From contig JAAOMT010000128.1 of assembly GCA_016748015.1 (NCBI GenBank), positions 1,433,538 through 1,497,537 on the forward strand: a stretch of 64,000 nt of DNA, written 5' to 3'. A program made the position numbers and the translations under genes. Below the pieces are notes generated by a model. The model worked only from the letters and a program-made list of their open reading frames with translations. It was not told where the DNA came from and ran no database searches. Below are positions 25,072 to 36,982 of this stretch, piece by piece (positions within the stretch are counted from its first letter, which is position 1; every line of letters starts with the position of its first letter). This stretch comes from Geosiphon pyriformis uo1. Its lineage: Eukaryota > Fungi > Glomeromycota.

Positions 25072-26240
25072 GTGGTTAAATATTCAATAATAGTTCTTTT
25101 TGGTATTTTAATAATGTTTCCCATGTTGTTGTAAATGGAAATTTTGATGTAACTGTAGTTCTTAGCTGGTATGTGTAGATTTACTAATTCAATTTCTCCT
25201 AATTCACAAAGTGTGGCTTTTGTCTCAAAAATCTAAACCTGATCCTTCACTTTTCTCTTTATGGTTAATATGTACTGGTCATATGATGGAATGGAAATTG
25301 ATTGCCAAATAGAAATAATTTCTTTCTTGTCAACAATTTTTTTCTCTGCCATATTAACTGGTACATCTATTCTATCTGTGGATCTAAAACTCTGTATCCC
25401 TCTAGCTGTAATTTCTAATTTTTTCCTGTTTTCTACTGATACTAATTGAGCTATTTTAACTAAAGACAGGAATATTGCATGTGCTATCTTTTCATTTGGT
25501 TCTATAATATAGATCTTTTTTGAGTCATTTTGTAGCATTTTGATGATATTTCTTACATATTCTGTGTCAATTATTTTTCCTCTGATGTTGATTCTTTTTT
25601 TTGCTAAACTACTCTTAGATGCTAGTTGAATCATTGTTGTTGTTGGGATTTCTAGTGCTACTTTAAGATCAATGCAGATATGCAAATGTGGTTCCAATTT
25701 AATGGCATCTTTTCTTGAATATCTCAGATCAAACTTTATATTAGTATTATGGGTGCATTTTGACATAATACCTTTATTATTATCACTGAATCATTTCAGT
25801 TTCTGCTTCTTGGCCAGATCAAGAAGTGTGATATATTGTTTAGAGTTTAAATCTGAGTCTAAATCATTATTGTTGTTGTTGTCAATTTGCATAGAACTAG
25901 AACTATTGTTTTTGTCATTGTTATTATTAGAGTTTAAATTAGGATTGAATGGTGATTCCAATTCTAATACACAGCTGCTAATTGGTTCATCTTTCTCTGA
26001 AATTGTGTAGATTATGCATGATGGTAGATTGTAAATGAGGTCACACTTATTACAATACTGGAAGTCATAAGGAATTAAACAGTGGTCACATAATTGGGTG
26101 TTAATTTTTTCTAAGCATTGTTTCTGTTTTTCTTTGATAGATGCTAATTCTTAGTAGTGCTTGTAAAATTGTTCTGAGTTCATAGACTCTAGAATAATAT
26201 TTGGGTTTGGGCCCCAGTCAAGTTTTATGAATTCTGATGG
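25072..26240 (-). pseudogene. dut: Element A dUTPase region and end of Cys-rich domain
   Basis: ORF 25233-25766 'KFDLRY...ASKSSLA...IIDTEYVRNI...KIAHAI...RGIQSFRST'. 'LCDHCLIPYDFQYCNKC' at ~26045-26095. Confidence 0.82.
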
Positions 26241-26449
26241 TGTTACCAGTAGAATTTTAGCTATTAATTAGCATGAAATTTCCTTTATAATTCCTATCAT
26301 TAATTAGCATATATTATTATCGTTTCGAATTTCACTTATTATTTAATCAAATTAGCAATTATCATCATTTAATCAATAACCCGATTTGGACCATAGAAAT
26401 TGAGATGATCAATTTACACAATACCCTGAACCATATAACATAGCCAAAA

Positions 26450-26539
26450 TTCGCCGAAATTAATGAAAATTGGCCGAAATAATTCATAGTTCAGCGAAAT
26501 AACTTGTAGTTCGCCGAAATGTATCTTTAGTTCACCGAA
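26450..26539 (+). promoter_or_regulatory. U3 phased array of TTCGCCGAAAT motifs, 20-21 bp period
   Basis: Motifs start at 26450, 26470, 26490, 26510 and 26531. Decayed copies at 6966-7057, 15749-15840, 24807-24858, 35846-35956 and 44609-44720. Confidence 0.6.
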
Positions 26540-27312
26540 NNNNNNNNNNNNNNNNNNNNNNNNNNNNNNNNNNNNNNNNNNNNNNNNNNNNNNNNNNNNN
26601 NNNNNNNNNNNNNNNNNNNNNNNNNNNNNNNNNNNNNNNNNNNNNNNNNNNNNNNNNNNNNNNNNNNNNNNNNNNNNNNNNNNNNNNNNNNNNNNNNNNN
26701 NNNNNNNNNNNNNNNNNNNNNNNNNNNNNNNNNNNNNNNNNNNNNNNNNNNNNNNNNNNNNNNNNNNNNNNNNNNNNNNNNNNNNNNNNNNNTCTCAAAT
26801 AAAAATTAAATATTCGAAAACCAAATCCTTTGATTATTACACTTGAAATTCTCTCAACACAACTAACATTTTGAAATTGATTAGCTACCAATTTCAGTAA
26901 TCTGTTAGTGACTCCAGGCCTGGATAGAAAACGTTTCCTTGACAAAATTCTATTTCTTTACGTTTCTTTTATTTTTCTCTTTCTTTTCTTATCATAATCA
27001 TTTGGGTAGCCTACAGACGAGATTCCTGTAGAAGAGTTGACTTTCACAGCAAAGTAACTACACATTTTTTTAGTGAGCTTCCAGATGAGCAATTCCTGGG
27101 AAAGAGTTGACGTTTACTACAACGTAACTACATAAAGTAACTGGCACGGAATTGGCCATTCCACTTATAAGCCCAGCGGTTCAAATTATAGGAGATAATT
27201 TGAAGATAAATTCAGTTACTGGAGGTTCAACTACTTCCTGAAAACGTGAATTTACAGCAAATCAACATTACCAACATTTAAGAAAAGAGACCAAAAAACC
27301 TCCGGTAACATT

Positions 27313-27330
27313 TGGTGCTCTCCCACGGAA
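27313..27330 (+). other. Intact 18-nt primer binding site TGGTGCTCTCCCACGGAA
   Basis: 2 nt after the LTR end. The reverse complement has the layout of a tRNA 3' end (T-stem CCGTG, acceptor GGAGAGC, A, CCA). Confidence 0.82.
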
Positions 27331-27355
27331 ACAACACAGCAACAACAACTTCAAA

Positions 27356-29049
27356 GTGGCGTCTGCTTCAGACATAACAACTCTAGAGTACTACCAGTCA
27401 ATTTACACTCACTGCAAGCAAAGATTCAACATCCAAGACGGAATTGAGGCATTTAAGAAATCATTATACCAATACATCGAAAACCGATTCAACAACTACC
27501 TACTTGGAGACTACAACATTACTGAAGTCAAAAGCAACCTCTACAACAACTTACTACACTATTCTCGTCTAAATACTGAGGAGCTCAACAGTGAAACAAT
27601 TGCCACCTACTTTCAAGAACTTGANNNNNNNNNNNNNNNNNNNNNNNNNNNNNNNNNNNNNNNNNNNNNNNNNNNNNNNNNNNNNNNNNNNNNNNNNNNN
27701 NNNNNNNNNNNNNNNNNNNNNNNNNNNNNNNNNNNNNNNNNNNNNNNNNNNNNNNNNNNNNNNNNNNNNNNNNNNNNNNNNNNNNNNNNNNNNNNNNNNN
27801 NNNNNNNNNNNNNNNNNNNNNNNNNNNNNNNNNNNNNNNNNNNNNNNNNNNNNNNNNNNNNNNNNNNNNNNNNNNNNNNNNNNNNNNNNNNNNNNNNNNN
27901 NNNNNNNNNNNNNNNNNNNNNNNNNNNNNNNNNNNNNNNNNNNNNNNNNNNNNNNNNNNNNNNNNNNNNNNNNNNNNNNNNNNNNNNNNNGAATGGTTCG
28001 AAAATTTGGAAGGACCATTTGAAAACTGGCAAGCATTCAAAGATGCTTTTCTTCAACAGTTCACCGACAACAACACCTCTATCACACTCCGAAACCGATT
28101 CCGAAACATCAAGCAAGATCCATCAGAATCAGTCATGACCTACCTTGGAAAGTTCAACAAACTACTCAGAAGAATTCGCCAATTGGAAACCGATGAATAT
28201 TACTCCAACGCTCAGATTTTGGATCAATTTATTGCTGGACTAAAGGACAAACTGATCAAGAAAGTTCGCCCACACAACCCAGAAGATTTAGCTACTGCCA
28301 TTCGCCATGCGAAAAATTATGAAATGGCTATGGAAGAAGCTAACCGCACAAAGCTTGTTAACCTTGCCATTGGTGAAACCAGCTCAGCAGCTGAAGAGAA
28401 AATTGACCAGCTTACCAAGAAAGTTGAAAACTACTTCACCAATCAACAACAACCGCAGCAACAACCGCAAAGATATCAACCACCCCAACGACGGAACCAA
28501 GGAAACTTCTCATCAGCACCCATTGGTCAACCCCAGAATTGCCACTATTGTGGAATTCCAGGACATTGGAAACGAGATTGTAGGAAGTTGCAAAGAGACC
28601 AGCAGCAAAGGAATAATCAACGTCATTCCCAACCACAACAATCATACTATCAATTTCCACCACCACCAGCTTATCATTCACCAAGACCACAGTACCAGAA
28701 CAACTATTATCAACCCGCTCCCCAACTAATGCAACAGCCATACCAACAACCTCCACCAATTGCACAATATCAACAACCACCTCCAGTTCAACAATACCAA
28801 GTACCTGCTAGGAGAATCACTCAACAAAATCAATTCACACCACAAAATCGTTTTCAAAACAACAACAACAGAACTAGCTCCAACAATCAATTGGTACCCA
28901 GAAATCCGATTCAACAGAGACATAATCATTACCAAACACAACCAAGTTACTTAACAATGCCAGAGGAACAGAATTTTCAACAAACTGCACTTTTTGAAGG
29001 TGAAGTTGCAGCACCAAGACAAAACCCTTCTACCAACAACCAAACTTGA
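27356..29049 (+). CDS. gag: Element D Gag, no stops in the sequenced parts (spans an N gap)
   Basis: ORFs 27356+ and 28006-29049: retrotransposon capsid-like 'IKQDPSESVMTYLGKF...QFIAGL', knuckle 'CHYCGIPGHWKRDC', Q/P-rich tail. Confidence 0.85.
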
Positions 29050-29189
29050 ACACTTAATTTAGCATATTATAACCCCTTTAATAATACAGAAAAAAATAGT
29101 AAATAAATTCAAAAGAAAACCCAAAACCAAAAACAAATAAAAACCCTATACCCAAAAATAATTTCTTTATTCTTTTAGTCATTTTTATC

Positions 29190-29587
29190 ATGATTATCCC
29201 CCGAAATATTCAACAAATATCCCAAAAATTAATGTTAGCCTTGAGAACACTTCCTGACTTATCCATAACAATTAATGGAAGTCAAATTAATTACATTCAA
29301 AAAGAAACCCCAGCCCCAGCAGTCAACAATTCTCAGAATTATCACCCTTATAGAAGAAAAGCTAGAAGTCAGTCTGGAAAACAATTACCAGAACTTGTAG
29401 AGCAAGCGCTAAAAGAAAACCTCTTATTTGCCCCTATTGACATTTCACCAAATGCCACAATCCAACAAAAACTTCTACTACTGCTTAATGAACAAAACAA
29501 TGAACATACCCTTATTTATAGATACTTTCATATTGGAAAAACACTTTATGAACGAAAACTGGAACTTGAAGCAACAAACCTCACTCC
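29190..29587 (+). CDS. Element D ORF3, open until the N gap
   Basis: 'MIIPRNIQQISQKLMLALRTLPDL...IYRYFHIGKTLYERKLELEA', 132 codons with no stop. Confidence 0.8.
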
Positions 29588-30535
29588 NNNNNNNNNNNNN
29601 NNNNNNNNNNNNNNNNNNNNNNNNNNNNNNNNNNNNNNNNNNNNNNNNNNNNNNNNNNNNNNNNNNNNNNNNNNNNNNNNNNNNNNNNNNNNNNNNNNNN
29701 NNNNNNNNNNNNNNNNNNNNNNNNNNNNNNNNNNNNNNNNNNNNNNNNNNNNNNNNNNNNNNNNNNNNNNNNNNNNNNNNNNNNNNNNNNNNNNNNNNNN
29801 NNNNNNNNNNNNNNNNNNNNNNNNNNNNNNNNNNNNNNNNNNNNNNNNNNNNNNNNNNNNNNNNNNNNNNNNNNNNNNNNNNNNNNNNNNNNNNNNNNNN
29901 NNNNNNNNNNNNNNNNNNNNNNNNNNNNNNNNNNNNNNNNNNNNNNNNNNNNNNNNNNNNNNNNNNNNNNNNNNNNNNNNNNNNNNNNNNNNNNNNNNNN
30001 NNNNNNNNNNNNNNNNNNNNNNNNNNNNNNNNNNNNNNNNNNNNNNNNNNNNNNNNNNNNNNNNNNNNNNNNNNNNNNNNNNNNNNNNNNNNNNNNNNNN
30101 NNNNNNNNNNNNNNNNNNNNNNNNNNNNNNNNNCTTTTATTTTTCTCTTTCTTTTCTTATCATAATCATTTGGGTAGCCTACAGACGAGATTCCTGTAGA
30201 AGAGTTGACTTTCACAGCAAAGTAACTACACATTTTTTAGTGAGCTTCCAGACGAGCAATTCCTGGGAAAGAGTTGACGTTTACTACAACGTAACTACAT
30301 AAAGTAACTGGCACGGAATTGGCCATTCCACTTATAAGCCCAGCGGTTCAAATTATAGGAGATAATTTGAAGATAAATTCAGTTACTGGAGGTTCAACCA
30401 CATCCAGAAAACGTGAATTCACAGCAAACAAGCATCAACAACATTTAAGAAAAGAGACCAAAAAAACCTCCGGTAACAATGGGTTGTTTTTGATTATTCT
30501 TATTTCTTCTGATAACACTTCTTTGATTTTGGTAA

Positions 30536-31352
30536 TGTTATGGGAGTGTTTTTTTAGTATATTTTAATTGTTAATTTCCCGTTTTAATTGCAATCAGTCT
30601 CTTATGAATTTTTCTATTTTATGTGTTAAATATTAATAATAATGTACTGAAGGTTTTTTTTTGATATTGTAATATAAGTCTTCTTTTTAATTCTAGTTGT
30701 CTTTGTATGTTGTATACTCTTTTCCAGAGGCTAATCTGAAATCTACCCACTGTTTGGAGTTTTTTTTGAAGCCATCCTTGCAATTGCCTGATGTGTTTCT
30801 CTAATCTAGAAACATGAAATATTAATGGCCTTTTCGCAATTTCCTTAAGTATATAATAAAGCTTTTTCAATTTAATTAGTAATCACATAAATAATCTTGA
30901 TCAGGAATTATTCTTCCAAAGAGTTCAAAGATGGAATGATAGTTTCATTCACTAGAGAGAGTATGTGAATTCCATTGTTAATCTTGTAATTGTGATGTTC
31001 ATTCAATTTATTATTTTTATTAATTCTTTTTTTTGAATAAGATTTTATTTAGATATTTGTTGCTTTGAGTTGAAGCTGTTTTTTTTTTATTATTAAAAAC
31101 TATTGTATATATATATAATTATTGTTTTACAAAATAACATCTTGTAATACTCTATTTCTGTTATTTCTAAATAGTGCTTATTGCTATTATGAAATAGTGC
31201 TTGCTGCTTTTGCATAATAGTGCTTGCTGCTATTATATGGTAGTGCTTACTGTTATTTGTAAATCATTTCTTTTTATAAATTGTTGCTGTGCTATTTTAT
31301 GATTGCTAATTTATATTATTTATAATTCTTATTAAATTCTTGAACTGTAACA
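30536..31352 (-). repeat. Solo LTR of a third family, inserted in A
   Basis: TGTTAT...CTGTAACA termini and perfect TSD GTAA (30532-30535 / 31353-31356). The A reading frame 'WQIVLT|KIKEV' rejoins across it. ~23-bp tandem repeats at 31168-31259 next to a TATA run at ~31107. Orientation inferred. Confidence 0.78.
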
Positions 31353-32600
31353 GTAAGTACTATTTGCCAAATTTTATCATTATTGTGTGGACAACCATTC
31401 AAGCATTTCACTATTCTTCTTCAGGCAGTTTCTATGGAAGTCTTTTTTCTTATCCAGTCACTAATTAGAATCATATATTGGCACAATTTGTTACAGGTTC
31501 CTCCTTATCCAGAAATGTTATTCCACATTTTTTTATCTAATAGGGTTTCTCCACAAGTGAGACAAGATTTGTTGTCCTATTTTTCTTGTCATTTTGGTCA
31601 TCCAAAGTGTTTTAAGATACATGGGTGGCAGTAGAATTTGGTTGTGGTAGAATATTCTTCATTGTCACCACAGCATATGCCCATTGATGACAATTTTTTG
31701 CTGCAATTAACACATTCTAGTTTTGGTTGGCAATAGTTAGATTGATGTAGTAAAGAGTAGGTATATAGTATATAAGTGGAGGTAGTGGCTAACACTGATT
31801 CTTTTTCTTTCTTTTTTCCTTTTTCTTTTTTTCCCCAAGTCCAAATTGGTAGCTACTTACTTTGGTCATTATTATTCCAATAACTTTGGTTAATTTCTCA
31901 GGTAGATTTTTCTTCTCTTCTTTCCTTTCTTTTGTCATTCCATGATGATATTGGCAGTAATTTGTTGTGATTGGCATTGGCCTAGGAAACTTGGTATGCT
32001 TCTTAAGTAGGTTTTTTTTCTTTGTTATCAAATTTGATGAGTAGTACTGGTATATTGTTATTGGGTTTGAAATAATCACACATTGCTGGTATTCATGTGT
32101 GTTATCCATCCTGACTGAGTTGCAATTCCTGGATGATCCAGTCAAGTGTTACATTTGTTTTGTACAACCAGTTGTTGCCAATGAGTGCTTGGTACTAAAT
32201 GGCTTCTATAACTAATACCTTGATTGGTATAATAATATCATTGACTTCTATAGAGAGGTCATCAATCTTACTAATTGGAGTTTTGGTCACTCTATTGGCT
32301 GTTATAATTCAGGTGCTGGCAATGTGATCAACTCAGCAACCTAATTAGTTCATGAGTTGTCATATAATAATGTTGCCTGCTAATCTACTATCTAATATGA
32401 GTTTGATAGAGTGGTCATCAATTTTAGCATCAGTATATATAGTAGTAATTAGTTTCTTTTTGAGCATGGCCCTACTAAACAAGGATGTGGATGACAGTTC
32501 CTCAAATTCAAATGAGAAAATTGCCACTAGTAATTTGTTATTGGTAATAGTGGCTGAAGGTATGTTACTAATAAGTGGTTGTGTTTGGTTGGTTTCCATA
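31353..32600 (-). pseudogene. Element A Cys-rich domain and protease
   Basis: ORF 31598-31795 'CVNCSKKLSSMG...FYCHPC'. ORF 32360-32599 'IKLILDSRLAGNII'. Confidence 0.8.
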
Positions 32601-34720
32601 TAATTGGATAAGGCATCTTTTGAGGTAACCAGAAGACTTAAATAGTTCTGGAAACTTGGGTTTTGGGTATACTCAGTTCCTGAACTCTGCTGGCATAATC
32701 CTAATAGCAGGTTGGATGAACTGAAAATCAGTTAGTGAACAATCATTACTGATCTTCAGTTTTGAGTAACTCTTGATTTGGGATTTTCTGATGTCATCTG
32801 AACTGAGTTTAATAGCAGTGTAGAAATTTGTTGGAGTTAATATATTATTTGGGCTGTGGTTGATAAATAACTGGTGCTAAAATCTGATAAATTGGTAACT
32901 GCATTACTGATATGTAATTTGATTAATATATTTCTGGGTTGGATTGATACTTTGAAGTTTAAAACTGGCAATCAGAGTTTCAATATTGATTTCCCAATTG
33001 TTGGTTATTTATTCTTAATCTGCAGTCAATTTTCAAATGTTTTTGTTTACCACAGTAGTGGCAAACACAAGTCTTCTACTGCTACTGTTAATTAATTAAA
33101 GAGGATAGATGCAATTGATTCTGGAAACAATTTGCATTTTCTTGATTATTGCATCATTGTGAAAGTTGATAAATTGCCTGATTGTTAGCTAAGTATTTTT
33201 CTAATTTTTGATTAATAGAATTACTGAATTGTTTCAACTTAGGATCCAATTCAGATGATTTATTCATTACTAGATTAATGGCTTGAGCATGATTAGCTTC
33301 AAGTTCTGTGAATTTGAAATCTTGTGTATTGGTAACTGTGTCTTAAAGAGTTTGTGGATGTATTGGGTATATGCATTGAAGGATACTACTGCATAATCCA
33401 CAGATAAACTGGTTCAGAATCTGTAATGCTGTAAAGTAATTCACATTAATTGCTTGTATTTGGTGCAAGTTTCTATGGAAGCATCTTAAGTAAGTAGTGA
33501 CTGCTTTAGTTTCTCTTTGTTTGATAGTGGTAAAGATATTGGCTAAGTAATTAATACTGTTATTATTGCTAAAATATCTCAAGAACTCAAGCTTGAATGC
33601 ATTGAAATTCTGAGGTTTGTTGACTAAGCTCTGATATCATGAGTTAGCAATATCCTAAAGGAAGTATAGAATGGCTTGCATGATTTATGCATCATTCTAT
33701 CTGTTGGCTGTGATGGCTTTTTTCACATTGTTCAACCATACTTGGGCATTATTTTCTTTACCAATGAATTTTTTGAGTTTTGCTATTGGGATGTAGACCA
33801 TTAGATCCAAGTTTGGTTGTTGTGGTGGTTGAAGTGGTAATTGCTAAGATAATATTAGCAGCTGTTGAAGTTGTTCAGCAATTAAATCAATTGGTTATTG
33901 ATTAATAATGATTTTTGGAGGTAAGTTTTGCTGATTAATTAACTTAGGGTTTGGGTTGTTCTGAGTTTGTTGGGTTTGAATATTTGGAGTTTCAACTTCT
34001 GGATTTTTTGTGATCAGATTTTGATAATTAAATTCTTGATCCTTATTTTCTTCTTCTTTAGATTCCATCACTTTCTAAGAACTTGTGATTCCAAAATCTG
34101 GTAGAGGTGGCAGTGATCGAAATTCTAATGGCATTGGTGATTGCAATTTAAATTCTTTGAAGTAATTGCTATAGGTTCCTAATAATTCCACTTTTTTTTG
34201 TTTACTTTGGAATGGTAGTCATTCAAATGTTGATGTTGCATTTGATGTGGATGCACCTGCTGATGTGATATTGATGGTACTTCTAGGTGTGTGATGATAT
34301 GATGGCTTTAGTGAAGATTCAATTCTTTGTTTTTTCCACATTAGTAATTGTATTTCTTTTGGAGTTACTGCTAATGTTTATAGCTTTTCTTTACCTTTAT
34401 CTGCATAGGTAATAAGAAATTGTTGTTGAGTGTATTTTTCAATTTCTTGATTAATTTCTTTGATAATTGGTGCAAAACTGTAATTTCATGGTAAGCTGGT
34501 GTGTTGAATTAATTCTGTATAGAAATTTTCTTTTGCTGATTTGATGTCAACTGGTCTTCCCAGAAAATCTGTGATTCTTTCATTGATGTAAAAGTTGAAG
34601 GCTGATTCTACTGGATAATAGTTGTTGGTTAAGCCCAATTGTTGGCTGTATTGTTAAAATAAAAATTTAGCAAATCCTAAATGGTTTGTTTCTATTATTT
34701 CTGATTCTGCTATTTTTAAA
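32601..34720 (-). pseudogene. gag: Element A gag
   Basis: ORF 33343-33582 'IKQRETKAVTTYL...QFICGL'. Knuckle 'CHYCGKQKHLKIDC' at ~33021-33062. 'AIL.FL.DIANS.Y' at ~33640. Confidence 0.78.
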
Positions 34721-35206
34721 TGATTGTTGTTGGTGCTGGTTTTTTGTAGAATTATACTTCATAAAAAGCACTAAATATTACAAGTGATTATTTGGGGTTT
34801 TAAAGCAAATAATAAACCCATAACATAGTACTTAATTGATATAATATTGTTAGTTTCTAAAGGTTAGCTGTATCTGAAGATTTTCATGATTTGAAAATTT
34901 TTGTTGAGTTCTTTGTATAATGAACAGAGATTCAATAGTTGTTTTTCTATTGCTTCCTGGAATCACAATTCTATCAAATTTTTTTCTCAGCATAGTGGCT
35001 GGTAATTCTCTTAGTAAGCTATTCTCAAATCTATAAGTTCTCTATCCTTGTTTTACAGGTTTTTTACCAGTTCTTATGATGTTTGTAACTCAGCACTTTT
35101 TAATTCTTAATCAATTAGTAAAACAAAAAAAAATAACAAAAGAAAATAAAAGAAAATAAAAAAATAAGCCAAGGCAATTGCAAATTAGTATCTTGTCAAT
35201 AACCAT

Positions 35207-36172
35207 TGTTATCAAAGGTTTTTGGTCTCTTCTTAGCTCTTGTATGTTTGTTGTAATGCTGTTAATTCACGATTATGGGAAGTGTTTAAACTTCTGATAA
35301 CTGAATTTATCTTCAAATTATCTTCTATAATTTGAACTGCTAAACTTATAAGTGGAATGGCCAATTCTGTGCCAGTTACTTTGTATCGTTACATTGTAGT
35401 AAACATCAACTCTTTCCCAGGAATTGCTCGTCTGGAAGCTCACTAAAAATGTGTAGTTACTTTGCTGTGAAAGTCAACTCTTCTACAGGAATCTCATCTG
35501 TAGACTATCCTAATAATTGTAATAAGAAAATAAAAGAAATGTAAAAGAAATAGAATTTTATCAAGAGAAACGTTTTCTATCCAGGCCTGGAGTCACTAAC
35601 AGTTTACTGAAATTGGTAGCTAATCAATTTCAAAACATTAGTTGGGTTTTGGGGATTTTTCAAGTACAATAATTAAAGAATTTGGTTTTTTGAATTATTT
35701 GATATTTTTTTTTTTGTGTGTATAGGAATGGTTCTAAGTAATAAATCTAAAGTAAGATACATTTTTTCAAAAAGAAAAGCTCTTCTTTTATACAACTTGT
35801 TGTAACACTATTCTATGAACTTGAACTTTGCTCTTTTTTACAATTTCACTGAACTAAAGATACATTTTGGTGAACTACACGTTATTTCTGCAAACTATTA
35901 GATATTTCGGTGAACTATCAATTATTTCAGCAAATTTCTACAAATTTCAGTGAACTTTTGAATGTTACATATTTCGGGGTATTGCATGATTGATCATTGC
36001 ACTTAGGTTACATTTGTTTTATGTACAAATTGGGTTATTAATTAAATGATAATTTTGAACATTTTTCTAATGTAATAAGTGATAATTTGAAATGATAATA
36101 TATGCTAATTAATGATAAGATTTATAAGGGTAATTTCATGCTAAACAATATCTCTAATTTTGTCTGGTAACA
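35207..36172 (-). repeat. Element E 3' LTR
   Basis: Direct repeat of 43959-44937. Confidence 0.92.
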
Positions 36173-36860
36173 TAATCTCCTCCTCAAAACTGAGCTCCAT
36201 TGAAGTCCACATACTGTCTGTAATTTTCAAATAATAATCCAAAATTATTGAAGAAATTTAGTCTGAAAATTGTTGAAATTTTAGTTTTGTGAGCTTTCCA
36301 ATGTATTGAATCTTCAAAGGCTGTAAAATTGGGTTTTGTAGGACGTTTTCACAGATGTAGAATAGGTCATAAAGTCTAAGAGCAGCTTTTAGTTTATAAC
36401 GACTGTTTGTAGGTCCAGTTGTTGTCTTGAATTTATTGTGGAGTTGTTTCCAAATAGCTTCTTTTGTGAGGTTTGCTGCTATAAGCTCCCGTTTTCGTTC
36501 ATGAAGTGTTTTTCCAATGTAGAAATATCTATATATTGGAGTATAGTCATAGTTTTCTTCATTAAGACACAGTTGAAGTTTTTGTTGAATAGTAGCATTC
36601 GGTGGAATACTAATAGAAGTGAGCATTAAGTTTTCTCTTAAAGCAAGTTTTAAAAGTTTTGGCAAGTGAATTCCAGAATAACTTCTTGTGTTCTTCTTAT
36701 ATGAATGGTATTTTCGTGAATTTGGGGCTAAATTTGTGACTACTTCTGTTTAAGTATAATTAATGTGGTTTTTAGTAACAGTAATAGATAATTCAAGTAT
36801 TATTTTTAAAGCTAACATTAGTTTTTGGGATAATTGTTGAATGTTTTGAGGAATAGTCAT
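36173..36860 (-). pseudogene. Element E ORF3
   Basis: ATG at 36860 'MTIPQNIQQLSQKLMLAL', plus ORF 36258-36665. Confidence 0.78.
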
Positions 36861-36982
36861 TATAAGAGATTTGAAAATAAAAGAAAATTATTTTTGGTGT
36901 ATGAGTTTTTATGTTATTTTTGTTTTGTTTTTGTGAGATTGTTTCTAAATTATAATGATATAACTATAATGATAAATTTAAA

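Larger units (their letters stand above)
26540..30133. other. Three assembly gaps (26540-26792, 27625-27990, 29588-30133), all inside element D
   Basis: N runs. Confidence 0.98.
26241..30478 (+). mobile_element. Element D: young non-autonomous family-2 derivative (LTR-PBS-gag-ORF3-LTR, pol and IN deleted)
   Basis: Perfect TSD ATGG (26237-26240 / 30479-30482). 5' LTR 26241-27310; 3' LTR ends at 30478. CpGs retained. Contains three N gaps. Confidence 0.85.

Noticed and set aside
26450-26539. CRISPR-like repeat/spacer appearance of the 20-bp arrays (also 22413-22552, 53609-53752)
   Set aside because: Repeats of 11 bp and spacers of 9 bp are far too short, they lie inside eukaryotic LTRs, and there are no cas genes.
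26532-30302. Long ORFs containing X runs
   Set aside because: Artefacts of N gaps; only the gag and ORF3 portions are supported.
30319-30567. ORF inside the family-2 LTR as an upstream extension of gag
   Set aside because: It has no ATG, has a TGA in D's 5' LTR (27239), and its frame relative to gag differs between B/D and E.
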